From contig JBFLGF010000016.1 of assembly GCA_050230475.1 (NCBI GenBank), positions 1 through 64,000 on the forward strand: a DNA stretch of 64,000 bases, written 5' to 3'. The DNA is from Ancylonema sp. Taxonomy: Eukaryota. The translations under genes and the position numbers were made by a program. Each line of letters starts with the position of its first letter. Positions within the stretch are counted from its first letter, which is position 1. The notes under the pieces are model-generated. The model did not search any database. It was given only the letters and a program-made list of their open reading frames with translations, and was not told the DNA's origin. Below, one piece after another: positions 13,647 to 23,383 of this stretch.

Positions 13647-14186
13647 ATGTGGCACAAACGACAATGGGATGAAATAGAAGCTGCGGAGTCGGCGCGCAGA
13701 AGATCCACTCGTTTGGCGAACAGATCTGTTGCAAGGAGAGGAGTCACTTGGGATCCAGTCACAGAGGAGATTGTGCGGTTTGAAGAGCTGCCGCTAGAAG
13801 AACCTGCTCTCTTGCCTGATCTACCTCCAGCACCAACAGCAGCTCCTGTTGCAGCTCCTTCAGAACCAGAAAATGCGGATGCCAGACTTGGTGAACGGCT
13901 GGCGCGACAACCAGTCCCTATTATTCTCCCTCTTATCCCTCCTCTTGCTTCTCCTTCACAGCCAGCAGTCGCACCCACAGGACCAGCTCGTGGAGCCGAC
14001 TATGGTAGGACATGTGACAGTAGAAAGATGCCAATGAGTTTTAGGTTGCGCCCGTTTGGGGACTTAGAGCTAGGTACACTGAATGAGGAGGAACCACCAG
14101 GTGAGACACTTCCAATTTCCGAGGATGTTCAACGTGTGAGAGAAATCGTAGGGATGCTAGGACCACTTCAGAGCTTGGTAACTTGA
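13647..14186 (+). CDS. Possible gag-like N-terminal ORF of the retroelement
   Basis: ATG-initiated 179-aa ORF with a basic RRSTRLANR segment followed by an acidic/Pro-rich region. It lies upstream of, and on the same strand as, the RT. No diagnostic domain was recognised. Confidence 0.3.
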   Translation: MWHKRQWDEIEAAESARRRSTRLANRSVARRGVTWDPVTEEIVRFEELPLEEPALLPDLPPAPTAAPVAAPSEPENADARLGERLARQPVPIILPLIPPLASPSQPAVAPTGPARGADYGRTCDSRKMPMSFRLRPFGDLELGTLNEEEPPGETLPISEDVQRVREIVGMLGPLQSLVT

Positions 14187-14299
14187 TTGTCAGATGGGAT
14201 GAAGGATGTAGTCAGGTTCAGGAATTCTGTGGTAGATAGGGCAGCGGCACTCAATGTTATGTGCCCACCATCATGTGTGCCATCTCGCGTAGTTAGTGA

Positions 14300-15830
14300 A
14301 GTAGGGATGCCTAATCCTGAGCTTTTAGGGAGAACAAAGAGGGTAGGCATGGCACGGAGTAGCGTAGGCGTGCCATCTTGCACTTATGCTCTCCTCCCAT
14401 ACCTAACACCGTCCCCGAGTATATTTTCCCCCTTGATTCAAAGAAAAGGAAACAGAGAGGAGGCGAGGATGCCTAATCTCTCGTCCTCAGGGAGAATACG
14501 ACGGGTCGACTTGGCACGGAGCAGCGCTGCTGCCTGGACATCTGTACTCTCCTCCCAAGCCTGCCGCCAGCCCTCGGTTCATTTTCCGCTCAATCTTAGA
14601 GAAGAGGCACCAGAGAGGGGCCAGGGGTGTCAAACCACGTGTGCTCTGGTCTTGGTGACTGGCAGCTGACACAGAGCGCTGCTGACTCCAATGGTGGATG
14701 CAGCCTCTTCTCAGCACCACTTGTGGGTCAAAAGGAAAGGTGTGAGGGTAAGCCGCTGGAACCAACTGCTGTAGCCTCTAGTGGAGAAGGCTGCACTCTC
14801 GTTCCAGCACCCCCTCCCTGTCGAAAGGAAAGGTGTGAGGGTAAGACGCCTCAACAAGATGCTGCAGTTTCCAGTGGAGGAATCTATACTCTTGCTAAAG
14901 CACCCCCTCCCGGTCGAATGGAAAGGTGTAAGGGTAAGCCGGTGTCACAAGCTGTTGCAGCTCCCAATGGTGGGGACTGCACTCTTTTGACAGCAACCCC
15001 TCCTAGTCGAAAGGAAAAGTGTTAGGGTAAGCCGCTGCACCAAGATGCTGCAGTCTCCAGTGGAGGAGGCTGCACTCTTGTCACAACACCCCCTCCTAGT
15101 TTAGATAGGGAAGAGGCAAAGGTGTCTAACCTCCTGCACTCACGGAGAACAAAGAGGGTAAAGATGGCACGGAGTAGCAACAGTGGTCCTAAAAACACTA
15201 ATGCTCTTCTCCCAGATTTACATCCGTCCCCAAAATCATTTTCGCCCATGAATCAGAGAAAAGGAAACAAAGAGGAGGCAGTGATGCCTAATCTATTGTC
15301 CTCAGGAAGAACACGACGGGTCGACTTGGCATGGAGCAGCGCTTCTGTCTACCCTGATTGTTGTACTCTCCTCCCAAGCCTGACGCCAGCCCAAGGTTCA
15401 TATTTCGCGCACTCTCAAAGAAAAGGAAACAAAAAGGGGGCAGGGGTGTCTAACCTCTTGCACTCAGGTCATGAAGACGGGAGACTGACACAGAGTGCTG
15501 CAGGCTCCAATGGTGGACCCACTCTCTTCTCATCCTCTCTTCCGGGTCGAAAGGAAAGGTGTGAGGGTAAGCCGCTGGAACCAGCTGCTGCAGTCTCCAA
15601 TGGAGGAGGCCGCACTCTCGTTCCAACACCCCCTCCTTGTCGAAAGGAAAGGTGTGACGGTAAGACGCCTCCCCAAGATGCTCCAGTTCCCAGTGGAGGA
15701 AACTATACTCTTGCTAAAGCACCCCCTCCCGGTCGAATGGAAAGGTGTGAGGGTAAGCCGCTGTCACAAGCTGCTCCAGCTCCCAGTGGAGGGGACTGCA
15801 CTCTTTTGACAACACTCCCTCCCGGTCGTA
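14300..15830. repeat. Hierarchical tandem repeat: ~816-bp duplication, each copy containing ~160-bp units followed by 93-bp units
   Basis: The GGAAAGGTGTGAGGGTAAG-like motif recurs every 93 bp (~14731/14824/14917/15010 and ~15549/15642/15735). GTCCTCAGG.AGAA.ACGACGGGTCGACTTGGCA occurs at ~14482 and ~15298. Confidence 0.85.
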
Positions 15831-16029
15831 GAATGATGTTTGATGTCATGGATGTATGTACTAACCCCACGTCAATAGTCACCAACTTGGTTGCAGCATC
15901 TGTAGTATCACTGCCGGAGATTGGTGGAGGCACCGCTTCCCTTCACCCTGCCATGATGACTACCTTTGACGATCCGCTGCGCTCCAGATCAGCGCTCCTC
16001 TCCATTCCCAACCCAGTGCTGGCCACAAG

Positions 16030-16830
16030 GAGACATCTTAAAGGCGTTGCTCTTGTCGAAGGAGACCAATGTGGGGAGCACTCGACGTGGCTTGCCGCGT
16101 ACGTTGGTAAGCCGGTGAGGAGGATGATCCGAGAAGAAAACAAGCGAAAGCTGATGATACTCCTCGAGCACCATAGTGAGGTCAGCGAGGGGATGGTCCA
16201 CGGGCACCCAACGTTGGAGCTGGTTGGGAGCCGCCAGGTTGGTCCAGAAGCGTTGGAAGCGATGAGACAGGCCACCTAGGGTGGCTCCGTCGATGCAGAT
16301 GGATGGCTCACCGAGGAATCTGCGTATCTGAATATTTGCACGTTTGACAAGAGTCAGATCATCCGCACGCACATCCACATTCTCTAGCAAGTAGATGACC
16401 GGCCTACCGCTATGTTCATTGTGGCACCAGTTGATCAAACGGACCAACTCCATAAAAGGACCAAAACGACTATCATCCGTCCCTCTGCCTGGTCATGTTG
16501 CATGTTGAATGGTTGACATGGAAAACCCGCACCTATGAGGTCAATGGGGCCATACGTGGTAGCCAGATTGGCCATCTGAGTGTTGGAGATGAGGCGGATG
16601 TCTTGGGGCAGACGCGTGTCGAAACCCTGGATTGCTGTTGCAGGGAGGAGGTGTGGGAATCGCAGCTTCTTCTTCGCCACGTATTGACGAGCCGCCAGAT
16701 GCACCTTAGGGTTGATGTCTACGACTGTCAAAGTCTTGACCTTCAAGTTGGCCATCAAGGCGACTGTCAGCAAAGGACAGCCTACTCCGCAGACGAAGTC
16801 GACCACATGCACCCCCTCGGTGAGCTGTTG
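16030..16830 (-). pseudogene. DNMT3-like C5 cytosine DNA methyltransferase domain in a retroelement polyprotein (frameshifted, C-terminally truncated)
   Basis: Motifs occur in canonical order: I VVDFVCGVG (~16810-16780), II VVDIN, III QDIR, IV GPIDLIGAGFPCQPF (~16550-16510), then a 1-nt frameshift at ~16480, VI YLLENV (~16390-16375) and VIII SHRFQRFWTNL (~16265-16235). Motifs IX-X were not found. Confidence 0.88.
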
Positions 16831-17595
16831 CGTTGTGAGGCGACGGAGGTCTTGACAAATGGGGTTGGCACGATTGCGCTCTGGACCTTTCCAAGGAGGC
16901 AAAGGGGAATGCAGTAGTGCAGGGGTCACGTCTGGCTGTGATGCATCCAACCTAGCTATCCATTGACGCCGTGCACGCATCTGACGGACGGCATATGTCA
17001 CAGCAGCACGCTGGCTGAGCAAAGCAAGTTCTTGTTCAAAAGTGGATAGACCACGCGCTACGACAAGTGTAGGAGCAGGAATCAGACCACAACGCATATT
17101 CTCTTGAGCAACAACTACTTTCTTAGCCGCCAAATATAGTTGCATTGTTTCCAAAAATGGAACAACCAACCTTACAAGTTGTTGGCGTTGATGCCAGAGT
17201 TGAGACATGGGACCTTCACCTCCACCAAGGCCCTGAGTGCCGATCCAGTCCCTTACCAATGTGGTGTTGTGAAGAAGGATGTCCACCTGGTGCTGGAGAT
17301 CGGGGATGTCGAGGCTGGGCACTTGCAGAGCACGCGCGTTCAGCAGCCAATTGCGAAGAAAGTTAGTGGCAGCAGCTGCCTCCTCTTGATCGCTAAGGGA
17401 CTCGCGAGTGGAATCTTCTCCGTACCACTGGTCCGCGAGGCGTTGAATGGCAGCTATCTGGCCCTTGTTGCTGATCTATGGCCCTTCATCACCTGCAAAG
17501 CACTGAAAGCCTGCTGCTTCACCACCTGGCGTCTGCTGATCAGGTGTAGCATACAAGTCAATCGCAAACCGGGCAGTGCGTTTGGCTGTGGTGCT

Positions 17596-18033
17596 CTAGT
17601 GTGGGTTGTATTCCACATAACTCTCACGAAAATTCATACTGTTGGTGACACGGTGAGTGAAGTGTGCACCAATAAGGACATCATAGCTTGTTGCGTTGTC
17701 TACCAAAATATGGAGGTATACACAAGCCTCATCTGGGGTTCCTTCATTTAAACAAACCTTGACTTTACGTTTTGTGACACCACGACAACGTGCAGTTTCT
17801 CCAGATGCCATGGTGTAACTGATGCCAGCATGCAAGTCTTCCTCCTTTATTTTCATCATTTCTGCCACTCGTTTGCCTATCATGACGTAGTTGGCTCCCG
17901 TATCCCAGATGCAGATTTCTGGCTGTAACCCATCTAATGTGAACACACCAGCCTGATTTGGGACTGTGATATGCTTCCATGCAATGATGTTACGCAGACG
18001 GGGTGGTACTGGTGGTTGATAGTCTTCATTCAT
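17596..18033 (-). pseudogene. Retropepsin-like aspartic protease, same frame as the DNMT ORF
   Basis: ICIWDTGANYVMIG catalytic motif, flap-like YTMASG and C-terminal YDVLIG. It is in the same frame as ORF 16435-17322, separated only by two TAG codons (~17597, ~17477). Confidence 0.85.
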
Positions 18034-18368
18034 GACCAGGTACTGAGTACTACAACACCCTCACCAAGGTCTAGGAGAGTCCCACCGTGCGTAAGGCAGA
18101 GCTTCTCTTTGGCTTCGACCGCGACGACTCGAGTGGTTTGCAGCCATCCTGGGTTTCCTTCATCCTCAGTAGGACACAGACCCTACCCTCGGCGATGCCT
18201 CCGGAGGGTATGATCTGGGGGGGGGTGAGTCGGAAACGGAAAATCAGGACAAGGTACAGTATGTGGGGGGGGGGTATGTGCAATATCAGGAATAACTACA
18301 TTATGTAGGGGGTGACTATAAACAAGATGAAGATGGATCTCAATATGTGGGGGGGGTAAATCAAAACT

Positions 18369-21300
18369 TTGCATCTTCTCCACCCATGGTGTTTGATGAA
18401 GAATTTGAACGGTTTAGAGCAGGCAGCTCTGGCCTTGTCTGTTGAATTTAATGCCCTCCGGTACAATGTCGAGGAAGGGGCGTTCTTTTATGATGGTACT
18501 AACATGCAGAACTACGACAAGGGACCTAAGGAGCGGCTGCACTTCCGTAAAGCGCAACTGTTGGTCAACGATTGGAATCTCCAGCTCGCTCATGAGCAAC
18601 TGCTGCGGGAACAGCCCTTGCGTGAAATGATTGACGACCAGCAGCCCATGATGGGTGCAGTTGGTGAGAAGGATGCATGGAAGCTGGGCAGCCAGCTCTC
18701 CCGAGGTGAGAAAAAAGGTATGGTTTCCTTCCTTGAGAGTCATGTGGACTCGTTTGCTTATTCGACAGCAGATTTAGGAGGATTCACAGGGGAGGCAATG
18801 GAAATTCCCCTAACTACAGATAAACCTATCTTCTCACATGCTCATAAACTTGGGAAAACAAAATGGGATCTTGTGGGAGAAAACAGTGGTAAACTCGAAC
18901 AGCAAGGTCTCATCAGGCCATCTATACAGTCAAAGTATGCTTCTGCAACAGTGGTAGTAAGAAAAAGGGATGAAATAGGGGCGTATACTGATCTGCGTCA
19001 ATGTGGAGATTATAGGCCCTTAAACTTATACACTGAACTTGATAGATACCCACTCCCCGCAATTGAAGACATATTTCAAGAAGTGCAAGGTGCTGTTATC
19101 TTTAGCAAACTAGATCTGAAGTCAGGCTATCATCAGATCCCTGTTGCACAACAGGATAAGTGCAAAACAAATTTTTGGAGTCAAAACCGTCGGTTAAAGG
19201 AATGGAATGTCGTGCCGTTTGGACAGAAAAATGCTCCTCCTTTCTTTCAACGCCTTATGGATAGTTTGCTTGCTGGACTATCTTTCGCAAAATGTTATAG
19301 CGATGATCTCATTGTTTGGAGTTCGTCTTATGCGAAACATCTCAAGCATCTCGAGATTGTGTTTCAAAGGCTCAAGGACTGGGGACTAAAAATTCATCCA
19401 GGTAAGTGCTTGTTTAGGGCTGAGGAGGTAGACTTCCTAGGGCAACGGGTGAACACGTATGGCATCCGCCCTCAAATGGAAAAGACGCAAGTTATTCGAG
19501 ATATGCAGGTGCCTAAGAATGTGTCAAGACTGCGTGCTTTGTTAGGTCTTTTTTCATACCATAGGAAGTTTGTGCCTAATTTCTCTTCTATAGCAGCCCC
19601 TCTCAATAAGGTGCTCAAAAAGGACGAGCCTTGGCGCTGGGGCGTCAACTAGCAAGCGGCTGTGGAGCAATTAAAGTTTATGCTGTGCTCAAAGCCTGTG
19701 CTGCGAAGGCCAGACTATTCCCTTCTTTTCAGGTTGCAAACTGATTGGAGCCAAGATGGCGTCGGGGCTGTCCTCAGCCAAAAAGACGACCAAGGGCAGG
19801 AGTTCGTGGTGGCCTACGCCAGCCGCAGCTGTAACCCGGCAGACCGCAACTACAGCGCCTACGATGGAGAGGGCCTGGCGGTCGTTTGGGCGGTGCAACA
19901 CTTCCGACACTACCTCCTAGGGAGTCACTTCACCCTTCTGACTGATCATGCTGCTTTGAAATGGATGATGACTACATCTAGGTTGACTGGCAGGTTAGCT
20001 AGGTGGTCTTTACTGCTGCAAGAATATGATATTACTATTGAGCATACTCCCGGAGTGGAAAACTCGGTAGCAAACTGTTGCAACAGGTTTCCCACGCCAT
20101 CTATAGAGGGCAACTTCATGGTACAGAGGGAGGAACTAGGATTTTTTTGCACTGCTGTGAGTGCTGAGCAGAGGGGCTTTGTTCTATCCCCTCCCACTTA
20201 CTTTGCATACCACACTGGTGGCAGTTCCCTTCCTACAGTCTCTACCTCTACAGGTGTTCCCCGTGCACCCTCGTCAGCCGGACCTTCTACCACTGCCCCT
20301 GGCAATCGGGACACTGGGGGACTCTCGAGGCGTGACCCCCCTGTTGAGAACTGGGAGAGAGCGGAGGGGTCAACCCCTTCCACATCCGAGGACAACGGAG
20401 GACAGACAAGAGACCCCCCTGTAAAGGACAGGGGGGGAGAGGAGGGGACAACCCCAGTGAACATTTGGTAGGACACCCCGGTGCTGACCTTCCTCAAGCA
20501 TCATCGACACACACCAGGCGCCCTCAACACAGCCCGCGATCGGGTGTACAGGCGAGCTCTGGGATATCGGTGGTTGGGGGGGGTGTTGTATAAGGATTTC
20601 CCACGTGGCATCATTCTTGTCGTGCCAAAACCAGCTGCTCGCTTTCCTCTCATTCTTAAGGTGCATCAACAGCTAGGTCATTTTGGTATCAACAGGGTTC
20701 AACAGTTGCTTCAACAAGACTATTGGTGGCGAAAGATGGGTGATGATATGCGCGCTGTAATCTCAAATTGTCATTCATGTGTGCGTACAAAGGCTTCTTT
20801 TCGAGATCCTTAGCGTGAATCGCATCTTTTACCTATTCGTGGTCTAGGTTATCGTTGGGGTGTGGATTTTGCTTGGCCTATGCCTATGACTAAGCGAGGA
20901 AATTTGTATGTACTGGTCATGATAGAACACTTTACGAAGTGGATCGAGCTGGTGCCTTTGCTAGACAAGTCAGCTAAGGGAGTGGCTCATGCCTTCCTGG
21001 ACTTCATCTGAAGTCGGGATGGGGCACCAACCGAAGTCGTTAGTGACCAGGGCTCGGAGTTTAAGGGTGAATTTCAGACGTTACTAAGTGAGCATTTCAT
21101 CGATCATCGGCTGGCCTCTCGCGAGCACTCGCAAGCAGACGGCTTGGCTTGGAACGCATGGTGCAGACCATGAAAAAGGGACTTCGGAAGTCCCTCTTGG
21201 AGCGTGCGGCTACAGACTGGGACCTGGTCCTACCTTACTTCACCATGGGGTACCGGATGACCACCCAGAAGGCCCTCGGCTACAGTCCCTATTACATTCT

Positions 21301-21898
21301 GTTCGGGCGCCACCCCATCTTCCCATCCCGCATTCAGGAGTTGGAGGACGCAGCCCTTCCCCCGTTGGATGACCCTGAAGCAGTACGCCTCTTCCTGGAT
21401 GAACGAGGACAAACCTTCCACCAGATTATGCCATTGGCGATGCGCAATCTTGCGATCGCCCAGCATCGGGATGCCACTCGGTTCCGTCGAGTGAGGGCTG
21501 GGGAGTGGGACAGGGAGAAAGTGGGGTTGAGAGCAGGGGAGTTTGTTATGGTGAAACGCCAGAAAGAAGGGACGCTGGACGTGAATGCACGCCCTACGGT
21601 GTTGAGGGTGGTGCGAGTGAAGGAGAAGGGAGTGGTGGTCCTATAGGGACAGGACGGTGCATGTATTGAGGAGCAAGAGAAGAACGTGGCACCATGCAGT
21701 TTGCAAGTGGAAGATACTCACGTGTACCCTGAGCGCTATTTTCCTGGGAGTTCTGTCATCTGTCGAGAGTCTGGTAGTAGGGAGAAGGGAGAAAGTATGG
21801 TGTTGTGTGACCAGTGTCAGGAGGGCTATCACACGTGGTGCCTCACTCCTCCTTTGGATGATATTCCATTAGGAGCTTGGTCTTGTCCTTATCACTAG
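18369..21898 (+). pseudogene. Gypsy pol: reverse transcriptase, RNase H, integrase, C-terminal PHD finger (stops and frameshifts)
   Basis: RT: DYRPLN, LDLKSGYHQI, PFGQKNAP, YSDD. RNase H: LQTDWS, YASR, TDHAAL. Integrase: H-x-GH...CHSC zinc finger, WGVDFA, SDQGSEF, ERMVQT. PHD: CRES...CDQC...HTWC...WSCPYH, in frame after the TAG at 21644. Confidence 0.93.
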
Positions 21899-23383
21899 TG
21901 GGATTAGTTGGGTGGCTTTTTGGGGGTATGTTTTTGAGGGTAGCAGAAGACCTCTTTTTTTCGACCAAGTTTTCAAAACTACCAGCTTTGGTTTGGCAGA
22001 TATTTTTGTGTGGATTCAGTTTTTGTGTATTTAAGTGTTGGTTCTCTTCATATTCCCATCACTTAAGGGGGGGGAGTTAAAAAAATTGGGCATATGATGT
22101 GAAGTGTGCGTAGAATGCATTCTCATGCATGTCTTGAGGTGATTGGAGCATGTTGTGTATGCGATAGGGTGATAGTGTACGATCTCAGTCTATACGTCAA
22201 CATGTACCGAATCTAAAGACGATGATGCACATTGTCTATTTTACATGGTATGTCAATTCAATTTTTTTTTTGGTTGCATTTTCTACTTTGATTTCACGCC
22301 AAAAAAATAAAACCCGTACCGTTTCTTACCGCTCCCTACCGTCTCCCTAACGATTTCCCTACCCCCTACCGTTGTCCTACCCCCTACCGATGCCCAGCCG
22401 GGCTGGGCAACAAAATCGGTAGGAAACGGTAGGGGGAGAATACCGTGGTAAAAACCTCCTACCGCGGGCCGAAAATGCGGTGTCACTAACCCTACTCAGG
22501 CCTAAACGAAGTTAACCAGGGTTTAAAGGCCATCAGGGGCCAATCCGAAATTTCCATCTACGACCGCGCTCCAATCAGAAATCCGGAAAAAAATATCCAA
22601 ATACCGGTAAACCGCTGCAGCAGATCGAGACCACCAAGGAAAAACCGCGCTAAAAAATCGCGTGCGTACGCACACGCGCACGTTGATTTGATTCGACGCC
22701 AGATGTCGTAAAGGATCCCCGTGGTGATGCCACCGCGGTCACCCGACGTCGAAATATCGAATCACCGCGTGCAGAATCAGCTGAAGCCAATGGGGGCCCA
22801 TCTTCAAGATATGACCCTGCGAACCACTTGGCGAAATTATGGAAGGTGTCAGCTACGGAACAGGACTTGGGTTGGCCATTTCTCCGAGGAAATGTTGTTA
22901 GGGCGGAGGAGCAGGTGACTGTTCACGAACCAAAACACAAACACGCCAAACACATCGCTAAACACGTCATAGTTCATCAAGCTTATCTCAGCGGTTTCCG
23001 ATACAATGGGCCAATGGAGGCAGGGCTGGGGCAAGAACTTGGAACCGGGTGCGTATCATGTCAAAATATCCAGAGTGGCACCTACCAGCAATGTGGGAAG
23101 TTGAGAAATGGCTGCGAATTCTTCTCTGATACTCAACTTTGTCTAGATTAGTTCCGCAATAAAGAAGGGCTGAAGCTCTTGCCACCTTGCATTGAGGACG
23201 TGTTGTCGGTGCCTCACCATGCCTCACACGCGTGCCTATCTCGGTCATCGGGCTGCTGTTGGGTTTCTCAGGTGTCAATGAACTTCTCAAAAGATTTCTC
23301 AAGCACACTGCGTAGGCAAGCAGTTCTCGAAAGCAGAAAAGCTTGCTCTTACGGAGTCGGGGAGGTCCACGAATTCCTGCGTT

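Larger units (their letters stand above)
13647..22080. mobile_element. Decayed Ty3/gypsy retrotransposon region with protease, DNMT3-like methyltransferase, RT, RNase H, integrase and PHD finger
   Basis: RT-RH-INT order (gypsy type) on +, protease-DNMT on -, and a PPT-like AAGGGGGGGGAG at ~22065. No LTR pair was identified, so the boundaries are approximate. Confidence 0.8.

Noticed and set aside
14670..15830. Regularly spaced 93-bp repeats as a possible CRISPR array
   Set aside because: The whole unit is repeated with no unique spacers, there are no cas genes, and the context is a eukaryotic retroelement.
16030..16830. Methyltransferase as a bacterial restriction-modification gene or contamination
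   Set aside because: It is in frame with a retropepsin, has DNMT3-like motifs, and is flanked by spliced eukaryotic genes.
19650..21646. Recurrent TAG stops in pol as a sign of stop-codon reassignment
   Set aside because: They co-occur with frameshifts and TGA stops in decayed TEs, and host genes such as Kir and TrpRS appear to end at TAG. Mutation such as CAG/TGG to TAG explains them.
13560..22300. LTR pair for the gypsy-DNMT element
   Set aside because: No matching direct repeats were found by eye around 13.6 kb and after the PPT-like tract at ~22065, so no LTRs are called.
22300..22500. CCTACC-rich stretch with hairpin GCCCAGCC/GGCTGGGC and TAACCCTA end, a possible transposon terminus
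   Set aside because: No convincing partner TIR or TSD could be identified.
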